DNA of 64,000 nt from Phoronis australis. Its lineage: Eukaryota; Animalia; Phoronida. The notes under the pieces are model-generated. The model was not told where the DNA came from, did no database searches, and was given only the letters and a program-made list of their open reading frames with translations. The DNA is taken from contig NMRA01000004.1 in NCBI GenBank assembly GCA_002633005.1, positions 1,719,144 to 1,783,143 on the forward strand, read 5' to 3'. A program made the translations under genes and the position numbers. Shown one piece after another: positions 54,001 through 64,000 of this stretch. Position 1 is the first letter of the stretch. Each line of letters starts with the position of its first letter.

Positions 54001-57000
54001 TACATCTGCAAGGTCAGAAAACCGTGCCGAGGTGCAGCGAGAGAGAGAACGACAGAAAAGGATTGAAGAGTTTCAGCAGAACAGAGCAGCCAAGAGTATC
54101 CAGAGAGGCTGGAAGGACAGGCAGAGACGGATTGAGGAAGATGAGGTATTGCTATTGGTGTTAATGTTAGCACTTGTTGTCTTCAGATAGAGGTGTCACT
54201 GTTGGTGTTTATCTTGGGAAATGTGTTCACATATTGATTGAAACTGTTTGTGTAAAAGTGTGTTTCCTTGTTAGTTAAGCCAATTACGCTCTTGTGTCAT
54301 TAAATCCACATGCTGTGCCATCTTTGATAAACGTCAGCTTGGGTAATGTTTTGAGGTGGAACCCCTATAGTCCACTGACTGCTCCATGGGGAGAGTCGGT
54401 GCCACAAAATTGACTTATTCCATTTTGAAATATTCAGTTTTGGTTTGGCCTAATTAGCGCTACATGGGACTTAAGACAGTATAATAATAATAATGTGAGA
54501 CCAAGGTCATTACAGTACTCCTTTTATATTATCACCTGTTTTTACATGGCTTAGTCACTTAGTCATGTGACAACACCTATTAACATTTTTTTGAGATGAC
54601 AGGCTGTGAAATATACAAGGTCGTTGGGCATGTGTGATAGCTTGAAATGTACATGTAGTTCATTTAGCTCAACATTAGTTCCTGAGCTTTCTTTGAATGC
54701 TGGGAATGCTTGGCCCAATTTTGGATGCACTGGATCATTGGAAATGAACCTGCCACACTATTTTTCTCTTACAAAATCAATATGTGAACACAATATGATT
54801 AGTTTGATAGTGACGTAGTCGAATGGTGTGGTAACTATTTTCAGATTTTGTTGCATCTGGCCTTAATTTGTTGTTGTGCCAACCCATATCTTTACCTAGT
54901 TTTTTTAATTTGCATTTATTTTGAAACCACACCTTTTATTTTTCTGATTTCTTCTATCTTTACCTTCAATCTCATCCACACGCAGACTTTCCCTAGGACA
55001 ATTTGCACTAGTGCAACTTACCTGACTTAAATTGAGCGTCCACACACACATTTCCAATAACTAGCGTGAGGTGGAACTTGTTGCTCTGTGCATGACAATG
55101 AACAACTGATGCGAATACGGCACGCAAAAGAAGACCCGTCGCTATGTAACCACAGCTATAATTGCTTTCGCCAGGTTTGCGGCCACACAGCTATTAGAAG
55201 TGCCACAAGTTTCCCTAGAACAAGTTACCCTACCTTGATAAAGTGGAATAAGTTGTCACATTGGAGAATGTTGCACTAGTTTAAGTAGCATCCAGACTGC
55301 CCCCAAACCTAGTGACAACTCATTCTAGTGGTAGAATGTTGCACTAGTTTAAGTAGCATCCAGACTGCCCCCAAACCTAGTGACAACTCATTTCAGTGGT
55401 AACTTGTTCTAGGGTAAGTCTGCGTGTGGACGGCACTCTAATTTCACTAATAGTGTGTATGTTATTGATTTATCTGATTTCATCCTTGCATCATTTTCAT
55501 CCAGACTAATAAAGTGCAAGACTTTCTACAAACTCGCTCGGCCATTAAAATCCAGCGTGCATGGCGATCTCATAACAAAGCTAATGAGGTAGACTATGTA
55601 CTGTTAACTTTGTTTCCAGTTAACATAATGCTGTCTTACTTATCCCTGTATTCACAACTTTCCATTTCATTTGCTTGGACTGTATTCCTTTAGTTCATAA
55701 GCGTTTACAACACTCAACAATGCTCTAGGTAATCATTACTGGTTTATTAAATAAGCTCACCAATATTTTCATGTGCTCATGTGACTATGATTTGCTTTGC
55801 ATATGTTTTATCCTGTTTGTAATTATCGTACTGGACTTTTTAATTTGCTTATTGTGTTTTTGCTTCTAAATGTTGCGGGTTGTTTAATTGATTGTGGCAG
55901 GATAGAGCATGGCGCCATCGGCGAGATGTTAAAGTGGAGGCATTCCGCGAAGATCGAGCAGCTAGAAAAATCCAGAATGGCTGGATTAGTTATCAGTCTC
56001 GCAAACGTGACGCAGAGTTAGATGACGTATGTAGCCGAGTGCTGCTTGTGTCCGTAACTTGATGTGTATCCATGTGATCTGTGTGTGTCAGTTAACATCA
56101 TAAATATGCACCTTGCCTGCTGCTTAGAGCTTATTGTTACTGAAGCTCTCTGAACAAAGCCCTCTTTTGTTGCTTTCTTACCAATACCTCCACTCCCCTG
56201 TTTTGAGAAATTTCTGTAAATGGAAAAGAGTAACTCCAAGACTCCAGCCATCGCAACTCCACTACAATGGATAATGATGAATCCAGTGTAATCGCTACAA
56301 TGGTGGAGAATTGGTTGTTTATCTCAAATGCATTTCTCACTATTAATTTGCGGGTACGATTCAGCTACACCATCTGGTGTTTAATCCAGAAAACTAATAA
56401 TAACTCTAGTGGGAAAGGGAAATGGGAAAGGTAATGAGGAGTTGTGATGGAGTTCAGATAGACTGGAAAAGTGACATTTAACACAACAGTGTTTTCTCGT
56501 TTGATTTTGTGTACCCCTTTGGATGGACATATGCTGTTATAAGAGACCTCTTGTGGCACTTTTAGTGCTCATCTCCATTAATAATTGATGTTTAATGTTA
56601 GTCTTATTGTTCAACATAAAATTTGTCCTGTTTTGCTTATGACCTTTCAAACCAGTTTCCAAATCTCTTTCTGTAATTTCACAATATGTCTGATGACATT
56701 TTCCTACCTTTTTGTTGTTAACTAATGGTCACATGACCTCAGAAATTTCTTTATTCAGAATTCAGATAGTCTCATTGTTTGAGGAGACATTGTGGCCTAG
56801 TGGGATAAGTGTCCACTTCTTTTGCTTAATAAGGTCGTGGGTTCAAATCCCACGAGGGCATACTGCTAGACCCTTGAGCTCAATTTTAACCACATATTAA
56901 TAAAGCATAAAAATAGTTCCAGGTGATCAGTGCAATGGGTCCACATGCGAGGCCTGCGCACATCTGGTGCAACATGTACCAGACCACCTGCAATTATTAA

Positions 57001-60000
57001 TTTTTATTAGTTGCATTTTTGAAAATCAATTTATTAAAATAATTATTTCTTTCAACCAAGACAAAATCTTTTAACTGTATTACTTAATTAACACCATTCC
57101 CCCATTTGTTTTAATATGTGTTTTGTACTCTGTTATGGTGCCCTTGAATTCCCATGTTTCCAGTTTTTAGGCCAAAAAAGCATAATTGGTTCTGGTCTCT
57201 GTTTTTTTAGTCAACTCAATGATGCAATATTTTATTTGCTCACTTTTGCAACAAGGAAAGTAAATCTGAGGCAAACAAAAATGATGCAGGATTTGTTTTA
57301 TTCTCATCACTTGTTGAACTATGGTGGTTATTTCAAACCTTGTTTACCCTTGCATACATGCTGTTTTGCAGCTTTTCAAAAAACATGAGATCTTGTTTGA
57401 AACTGATTAGTGCGAGTGTTTTTTTTTCTAATCTGTCAGTGCAGGTCTCAAAATGAGTTGGGGTTGGGGTTGAGAACACAAACAATGATGCTTTTTTGGC
57501 CTATACAAGTTGTACACTTTATATTTTTCACTCCTTTGTTAATACACCAGTCATATCAAATTACTGGTTTCATACTTTTTAAAGTCCCATGCAGCACTTG
57601 TTAAAACAAGTTGGCAGTGGTGAATGTTTCCTTTGAAGTAATTAATGAACTCCATTTGATCCATGCAGTTAAGAACACTAACTCTCTAATTAAAAAATGA
57701 AGCACAACAAAAGCAATGTTTGTCAGTGATGACACTGCACGAGGCTTAAATAACATTAATATTTACAACAATGTTAATTAAATCAATAACGAAATAAATT
57801 ATGCTTGTGTCACCACCAATATTGCACTTTTGACAAAGTGCTTCCTAACTTGTTAAAATCTGCAAACAGAACTTAAATAAGTATTCAGTAATTTCGTGAG
57901 TCATGCTTCGCAAGTAGAATAATGTGGTTTTATGCGTATCAGTAAGACATGAAATTTAAGAGGTCTTTTAGAGTTAGTAGTTTGAATACTACTGTTAAAT
58001 GGATACAACATTGATGCTTCTATGTTATTTGAATGCATATATTTATATGTTTCTGTCTGTGAAGTGTGCGAGTGAAAAATACTTCCACCCTGAGGGTTTT
58101 GTTTGCTAAACTTTGTCAAGAGGGTGAATGTTCATAGAAATAGTCGTAGGTGCCGATAGCCTAGTTTTAGTAACATTTAGTTTAGGGTTTAGTTTACTTG
58201 TTGCTTGTTGCTTGTTTTGCCATTAATTGCTAAGCAAATCTGCCAACAAATCTGTGTGTACGTGTGCATTACAAAAATGAGTGTCCTAAAATTCCTTATT
58301 GTACAAACTGTTTATTTATCAACTTTGGGTCTTCTCCTAAAATAGGGTTGTCTGATTTATCTGATAAAATGTTTTGAACAAGTATTGTGTATGCCATTAT
58401 GTGAAATGTGAATTAAGTACATTTTGTTCACAAACATCTGTTCATCAAGTCTCTAACACACCCTGGTAAAGATTACTTGTAACTCAGTGGCACTGTAGAC
58501 TCTCCTTTAATCGCCTGTGGTATTCCATGTTTCTTCCGTAAATAAATAAATTTTATTATTCCTCAATAATTTATACTTTTGTTTTTAGGCAGCTGAGACT
58601 ATTCAGTCTGCGTTACGTGGTCACAAGACACGACAAAAGCAGATGAACCGAGCTCGTACCCCAACTCCACGCAGGGAGCTGGATGATGGCCTGTGTGAGG
58701 AGGACGATGATGCAGCTGTTGAAACCATCCAATCAGCATTTAGAGGTCATAGGGCAAGAACACAGCAATTGAAACGTCCTCCCTCAAGGTCAAGGTTAGT
58801 TCCATTAATAAATTTTTTGACTCGTAAAAGACATGGTTTTGTCTCTATTGGTGCCTTTCGTTTTCTCTGTTAAATGTATGATGGCGTGCAACGTCCAGTT
58901 GGAGATCAATAAATGATGGAACAGACCAACGTGCGTCAAACTATGGTTGAGCTCATAGTGCTTATGGTGCTCTGTCTGTAAACTACTGCCAGTCTAATGG
59001 TCATGTACTCCTCCTAGGTGGTGGAGGTTGTCTGTAATCTACTGCCAGTCTAATGGTCATGTACTCCTAGGTGGTGGAGGTTGTCTGTAAACTATTGCCA
59101 GTCTAATGGTCATGTACTCCTCCTAGGGGGTGGAGGTTGTCTGTAAACTACTGCCAGTCTAATGGTCATGTACTCCTCCTAGGTGGTGGAGGTTGTCTGT
59201 AAACTACTGCCAGTCTAATGGTCATGTACTCCTCCCAGGTTGTGGAGGTTTCTAGGGCTTCTAGAAATTACTTTTTGTGCGTGCTATAAGGGATGAATTT
59301 TATTTTTGTGTTTTTTAATTCATTTACTAGTGTGTTTTCAAAATCTAAAAAGTTCCTGTATATAAAGTTAGACATTTTTGAGAAATTTAAGTTTAAAGAT
59401 ATGTAATAGTTGGATCTGTTAAAACAGTGTCCTTCGAATATTTGTCTACTGTCCACTCTAGTCCTTGAATTATGCAAGATCGTATGCATGTCTCGGTGTT
59501 GGCTTTCTTCTACTACCAAGTGCAGGGTCGTAAAGTGTCTTTTTGTTCACCTTGCCTGTTTCAGTGTTAGAGAAACATCTTCAAAAATATCCATTGATGA
59601 CGTCATAGTTAACACATTGCCAAAAGTTAGCATTTTCTACCAAAAATGTTTTTTCACAGGACACCAGAGGTAGTCAGTGATGAGGAAGAAGATGATGAAG
59701 CTGTGGAAACTATCCAATCAGCAGTGAGAGGACACTGGACCAGGAAACAAAATGCTGCCAGACCCAGGTATGGTGATCTGCAGGGATATTATGTTCCTCA
59801 ATGTGTTGCCTCTGTGATCAGTGACAAAACTCTGCTTCTCAGAAAGCGTCACAGTCTGTAGTGAGTCAAAATATATATTTTGCAAATTTGTAAATAAATA
59901 CAAANGGATCTGTTAAAACAGTGTCCTTCGAATACTTGTCTACTGTCCACTCTAGTCCTTGAATTATGCAAGATCGTATGCATGTCTCGGTGTTGGCTTT

Positions 60001-63000
60001 CTTCTACTACCAAGTGCAGGGTCGTAAAGTGTCTTTTTGTTCACCTTGCCTGTCTCAGTGTTAGAGAAACATCTTCAAAAATATCCAATGATGACGTCAT
60101 AGTTAACACATTGCCAAAAGTTAGCATTTTCTACCAAAAATGTTTTTTCACAGGACACCAGAGGTAGTCAGTGATGAGGAAGAAGATGATGAAGCTGTGG
60201 AAACTATCCAATCAGCAGTGAGAGGACACTGGACCAGGAAACAAAATGCTGCCAGACCCAGGTATGATGATCTGCAGGGATATTATGTTCCTCAATGTGT
60301 TGCCGCTGTGATCAGTGACAAAACTCTGCTTCTCAGAAAGCTTCACAGTCTGTAGTGAGTCAAAATATATATTTTGCAAATTTGTAAATAAATACAAAAT
60401 ATAGAAGAGCCTTGTTCTTCGAAACATGTGAATGCTGTGTATTATATATGGAAAAATCTCGCCAGTTTCGGACAAAGATAATTGCCAAAATAGACCTTTT
60501 TCGTTTTTTAAGTTTTCCAACTTTGTTGTGAATAGCCACATTTTTACATGTCCATCATATTGTGTCTTAAATAGATGACATTTTCCTATAATGCTATTTT
60601 CTTGGATATTCTTCTTTCTTCCCCCCCATAGCACTCACAACAGTGAATGGTATGAGCTAGGGCCCACTGCCTATTTGCCTTTTGGAATAATATTACATGA
60701 CTAATTTTTACTGGCCAAATGAATTCAGGGAACAGCCACTTGAAAATTATTGTTTCGTATATCTTCACTACCCTACAACTTATTAAATGTTCACTGCTAA
60801 TTGCTGTTATCTTGTAAAGATCTAGAACTAACAATCTGCTGCTTTGCTTACACTATGAAACATACGTTTCGAGATCGTGCGTCATATCCGCCTGTGTTGT
60901 GTTATGGCTTTTCTGTGTGTATGTGTGTGTACGCGTGCCAGTCTGTGTGTGTTTCTACACTGTGCATAACTTGAGTAAGCGAGGATGATAACCACTTATA
61001 ACTCATAGTTTGTTCAATTGGAAACTTGCTCAAGCTTCATGAAATTATCATTTTTTCCATAATTTCTTTCTTGAATAGATATCCTTTGCCTTTTCTGTTT
61101 GGGTTTATCCTTTCTGTTGCTGTTTCCCAGAACACCCTCTGTTGTTGGCAGTGGTGATGAAGATGAGGAGGCCATCTTGACTATTCAATCTGCTATGCGT
61201 GGTCACATGGCAAGGAGGCGTTATACTTCGCCGTATGTTTTATACTTTCTTTGGCGAAAATTAGATTAAGTTACATTCTGTTAAACATGTTTTGCCTGTA
61301 AAGATCATACGTTTATTCTTTCTGATAAGAAGCTTGGACTCCGTACACTTGAATTAAAACAGTGTTATCATTTCCACCTCTGTATGAGTGATTTCTAATT
61401 ACTTATCTAATAATAGTTTAGGTTGTTTTCTCACAGTGTGTGGATTTAGCTTCAACATTAGCTTCATCTCCACTCAATGACTTACTCTTTACGTATGATT
61501 TAGCCAGTCAACACTAACAAACATTATATCAAACTCAAAGGCTTTGGTTTGTGTTACCCCGTTCCACTGTTTTTCAGAAGCACAAGCCCTCGCGTCAGCT
61601 CGGCCCGAAGGTCATCGAGAGGTAAACAATGATTTTTCTGGATGTGTTAAAGTTAAATTACATATCCAATGACTCTTTTATTGCAGTTTTTAGTACCCAG
61701 TTCTCCCTACTCTGTCACTAGTTTTGTATGGGTAGATTTGATAACTTGATTGTTATAATATTTGATAACTTGATTGTAAGCTTAGTTTTGTCAACTGAAC
61801 TTTCCTGTAGCATTTTAATTATTGGCTGAATTTGTTGACCAGTATTTTAGTGGGGACAGATGTGTTCTCCATTAATGTATTCACTGTCGTAGATTATTGG
61901 CACGCGTTGTGATGCAACACAAAAGGTTGTGTGAACACTTAACAGCTATTTGGATTTGGAAACTGTTGTCACCTAGAATTAAAACTAAACCAGTAATGTA
62001 TAATATGTTTATTTTTGTGATTTAGGAAAACTTGACTCTGCAGGTGAGGAATTGGAGGATGAGGACAGTGATGAAATGATTGTATCAAGCTCCCGACGCA
62101 ACAGTGCACGAAGAAACCAGGAGGAGCAACCTTCCAGCGCCCGAAGGCCGTCATCTGCTAGGAAAGATTCACGTGACCATGATCATGACATTCGGGGATC
62201 ACGGCGATCATTGTCTGACCGAAAGAGTCCACGTGTTGATGAGGAAAACATCTCAAGCTCCAGGCACTCGGCTCGCAAGAGTCCGAGGGAAGAACAAGTA
62301 TCTAGTGCAAGACGACCATCTTCTGCAAGGAAAAGTCCCATCTCAACAAGCCGCACAAGTGTGTCCAGAGAGGTCTGTAAATCTTGAGTAGTGATATTGT
62401 TGCAGTCTTTGAAGGTGCAAAATTGTTAACTTGCAACTTCAATCACTGAACATGCTTAAACAGCGGCAGTGTTAAAATAACCCTGTTTAATTCTTAAAGA
62501 GGCTATAAACCTGCCTTTTATCACAAAAACTACTTTCGATTTACAACACTTACTGTCATGAAACTAGTCGCATATTGTCTTTCAGTCAAATTAGAAATTG
62601 TTTTAGAGTTTCACATGAACTGACAGTTAATTATAGCTAAACTTTACAAATTGGCCTGTCCCGGCATGTCATGTTATGCACCTAGCAGAGTATCAAGAAA
62701 TAACAAACTGTCAGTTCTTTGAAAACCCTGAATTTACTTTTCACATAAGTAAGAAACGAGTTGAGACCAATTTTATAGCAGTACATTGTCTAAGTGGAAA
62801 GACCACCTCTTAGATGGAACTTTGGTTTATAGCCACTGTGATTGCTTGGCAAAATTAGTTAGAAACACAATATACAGCAACGATGTGAATATAAAGTAGG
62901 TTGAAAATTGCCAAATGTTTTTAAGAACGAGTTTTGTGATGAAAATGATCTGCCTCAAGTCATTGAACCGTGTCCAGTAAGTATCGTGATGTGTTGGGGA

Positions 63001-63770
63001 ATAACACAGCATAATGCGGGTTATGTGAGCCCCCAAGGTACGTCATTAGTGCAAAGGTCACCTATTTGCAGAATTTTTCGTCTTCACATTAACAAGTTGT
63101 CAATAAATACAACTGCACTTTGCTTAGCGTAGATTATGTTAAAGTGGCATTGTCGTTTAGTTCCTGCAATACATTAGCATAGGTAGGAGCATGCAAATAC
63201 ATCTTTAATTCTGTGTTTGAATTTTTAAATGACAGTGTTGGGTCAACAAATTTCGGTAATATGGCAATGATCAGTCCAACAAGGTTTCAAGTTCTTGAAA
63301 TGATCTGTCAGTTTGTTAAGTAGAATTTGGGATATGCGTAGTTGAGTGATAAAAAAGTAGGCACTCACTGCAATGCGTCAAACACTCAAAACATTTGCGC
63401 CTGTGGTTGTTAAAGCTGGATTTTCCTACACTAGCAGGTCAAAAAAGATAAAACAAGAACAAAGCAATTTACGAAGATAACACCACTAACCCCCATACCA
63501 ACCACAAGAAATGCTATCTTGCTTTATTTGCAACTTGATTTTTTGTGAACATAGCAAACCAAACATTTTACACGCGGCAGTGTGTGAAGTGGGATGTCCT
63601 AAATCAACAGTCATAATCTACTGCTATGTGGAGGCATAGTTTCTTTTTGTAAAGATTTATAGTTTTGCTTATTTTTTCAGACACCACGTTCAGGTTCAAG
63701 GCAGCTTAGTAAAGCAGACGTGGCTGCAAAAGATGAAGAAACTGATGATGACGATGACATTTGTTTTTAA
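39036..63770 (+). CDS. IQCE: IQ domain-containing protein E (ciliary EvC-zone/Hedgehog component), 20 coding exons, ~832 aa
   Basis: Exons 39036-39057, 41157-41234, 41729-41815, 44737-44874, 46097-46248, 46626-46783, 47752-47868, 49679-49863, 50477-50535, 50730-50802, 51200-51353, 52418-52537, 53971-54145, 55505-55588, 58589-58794, 59660-59767 (duplicate at 60154-60261), 61131-61232, 61578-61621, 62026-62372, 63681-63770. Phases are consistent. PGTPAYKSPEEYYDDILALKK..ARLRRME..IDQLLDP..RTLADKKPD..LKQRILRLEQQ..DMKNTKVEEM matches IQCE. The start exon is less certain. Confidence 0.88.
41157..41234 (+). CDS. IQCE: IQCE exon (AKSAKPKTGVPARELWLNAVKTRTG)
   Basis: AG/GT, phase 1-1. Confidence 0.7.
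41729..41815 (+). CDS. IQCE: IQCE exon (LNTGSRKPGHPGKRSPEEYWTDTLRKSG)
   Basis: tttcag / gtaagt, phase 1-1. Confidence 0.75.
44737..44874 (+). CDS. IQCE: IQCE exon (LNHEGGDTFSG...YLSTPHFMRQM)
   Basis: tttcag / gtatgt, open frame. Confidence 0.78.
46097..46248 (+). CDS. IQCE: IQCE exon, start of coiled coil
   Basis: PGTPAYKSPEEYYDDILALKKQ...ARLRRMEDSHLKK. Confidence 0.92.
46626..46783 (+). CDS. IQCE: IQCE exon
   Basis: EKEIDQLLDPTRSEELRRTLADKKPD...LKQRILRLEQQLRDKE. Confidence 0.92.
47357..47438. repeat. 20-bp minisatellite, 4 copies
   Basis: aaatgatactgaatcattct. Confidence 0.9.
47752..47868 (+). CDS. IQCE: IQCE exon
   Basis: KLHSDMKNTKVEEMKVQMEAFYGEIVRLQ. Confidence 0.92.
48400..49430 (-). 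mobile_element. PIF/Harbinger-ISL2EU transposon remnant (DDE_Tnp_4-type transposase C-half; possible YqaJ remnant on +)
   Basis: Minus: QYKSHNTAKYVVAIAP..GGRGSDKY..VMAD.RGF.I..LNIPAF..RIHLECAIWRLKSF. Plus ~48640-48915: NCPFK..HHLYF..DFIV..SFVEQTVAQLRTFY. Confidence 0.8.
49679..49863 (+). CDS. IQCE: IQCE exon
   Basis: KIKALNETILRMNEKNVRLTQENKSLKEDLEK. Confidence 0.9.
50477..50535 (+). CDS. IQCE: IQCE exon
   Basis: EYEDMNKKQLLAAVTKLEQ. Confidence 0.85.
50730..50802 (+). CDS. IQCE: IQCE exon
   Basis: RLEKAETDNQSVTSEIEERNKEIS. Confidence 0.8.
51200..51353 (+). CDS. IQCE: IQCE exon
   Basis: KMKLEGSMAQKLDQLDKRETELL...DEK. Confidence 0.85.
51886..52232. repeat. 39-bp minisatellite, about 9 copies
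   Basis: tgtgcacaacatgagataccatcaaaccttgtggtttac. Confidence 0.92.
52418..52537 (+). CDS. IQCE: IQCE exon
   Basis: KEIKKLKREIDDLHVELQ...PRRPKAN. Confidence 0.85.
52624..53579. mobile_element. Kolobok-like DNA transposon deletion derivative in an IQCE intron
   Basis: TTAA on both sides (52620-52623, 53580-53583), TIR agtgtacacaacatg / catggtgtgtactgt. Plus-strand THAP remnant (RCVSGGCSN...KW..F...LCSTHFEDSCF) converges on a minus-strand acidic ORF (MAESSEFESDDDYE.. with tactttgagcct = YFEP). Confidence 0.8.
53971..54145 (+). CDS. IQCE: IQCE exon with IQ-like motif 1
   Basis: AAKSIQRGWKDRQRR. Confidence 0.88.
54975..55430. mobile_element. MITE, ~455 bp, with an internal 67-bp duplication
   Basis: TIR tccacacgcagactttccctaggacaa / ttgttctagggtaagtctgcgtgtgga. 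Confidence 0.8.
55505..55588 (+). CDS. IQCE: IQCE exon with IQ-like motif 2 (phase 0-0)
   Basis: TNKVQDFLQTRSAIKIQRAWRSHNKANE. Confidence 0.8.
56783..57000 (+). mobile_element. tRNA-derived SINE
   Basis: A box tggcctagtgg (56793), B box ggttcaaatcc (56840), then a cccttgagc..ttaaccac core typical of conserved-domain SINEs. No tRNA cloverleaf or acceptor stem. Confidence 0.7.
57060..57390 (+). repeat. Diverged fragment of repeat family A
   Basis: aggccaaaaaagcataattggttctggtctctgtttt, gatgcaggatttgtttt..ctcatcact match 15470-15690. Confidence 0.65.
58589..58794 (+). CDS. IQCE: IQCE exon with IQ motifs 3-4
   Basis: AAETIQSALRGHKTR...AVETIQSAFRGHRAR. Confidence 0.9.
58974..59250. repeat. 56-bp minisatellite, 5 copies
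   Basis: gtctgtaaactactgccagtctaatggtcatgtactcctcctaggtggtggaggtt. Confidence 0.92.
59660..59767 (+). CDS. IQCE: IQCE exon with IQ motif 5
   Basis: EEEDDEAVETIQSAVRGHWTR. Confidence 0.88.
60154..60261 (+). CDS. IQCE: Identical second copy of the IQ5 exon (probably an assembly overlap across N 59905)
   Basis: 59412-59904 is repeated at 59906-60398. Confidence 0.45.
61131..61232 (+). CDS. IQCE: IQCE exon with IQ motif 6
   Basis: DEDEEAILTIQSAMRGHMARRR. Confidence 0.88.
61578..61621 (+). CDS. IQCE: IQCE small exon (STSPRVSSARRSSR)
   Basis: tttcag / gtaaac; bridges phase 2 to phase 1. Confidence 0.75.
62026..62372 (+). CDS. IQCE: IQCE Ser/Arg-rich exon
   Basis: SSARRPSSARK repeats, open frame, AG/GT. 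Confidence 0.85.
63681..63770 (+). CDS. IQCE: IQCE last exon (TPRSGS...DEETDDDDDICF*)
   Basis: tttcag acceptor, TAA stop, AATAAA at 63936-63941. Confidence 0.82.
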   Translation, partial: TPRSGSRQLSKADVAAKDEETDDDDDICF

Positions 63771-64000
63771 TGTGTACTTTTAGTGGAATATAGGTCACAG
63801 TAATGTTGAAAGGAAAGGTGACTTACCAGATGTTATACAAAATGTTGAAAGGAAAGGTGACTTACCAGATGTTATACAAAATTTTTAAGTTGAAGAAATG
63901 TAAGTAATCACCATGAAACAAAATGAACATTAATTAATAAATATAGTGTAGAATTAAACCCCATTCTGTGTATGAAAATTAAATTTTTGACAGATTTGAA

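Noticed and set aside
56783-56860. Possible tRNA gene
   Set aside because: A and B boxes are present, but no acceptor or anticodon stems could be folded, and the sequence continues into a SINE core.

Overview
AT-rich, intron-containing animal genomic DNA, most likely a bilaterian invertebrate draft assembly; it is not prokaryotic. Three host genes were read by hand. (1) A secreted, apparently intronless angiopoietin-like fibrinogen-domain gene (8853-9660, +), interrupted by an assembly N. (2) A complete 12-exon sorting nexin 8 gene (SNX8, 32678-17412, -, 530 aa) with an extra N-terminal EH-like domain. (3) A 20-exon IQCE gene (39036-63770, +, about 832 aa, six IQ-like motifs), head-to-head with SNX8. 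The remainder is transposon debris and repeats: a Gypsy-like integrase remnant, an L1/Tx1-like LINE remnant, a Helentron-associated element whose ~150-bp internal repeats each carry a CTCF-like motif, Kolobok-like deletion derivatives, an ISL2EU/Harbinger remnant, several MITEs, a tRNA-derived SINE and minisatellites. Four of the five single-N gaps are flanked by near-identical direct duplications that look like unmerged contig or haplotype overlaps. I found no clearly new multi-gene system. The best leads are the EH-PX-BAR SNX8, the SNX8/IQCE divergent pair, the CTCF-like motif array and the exon-modular IQ expansion.
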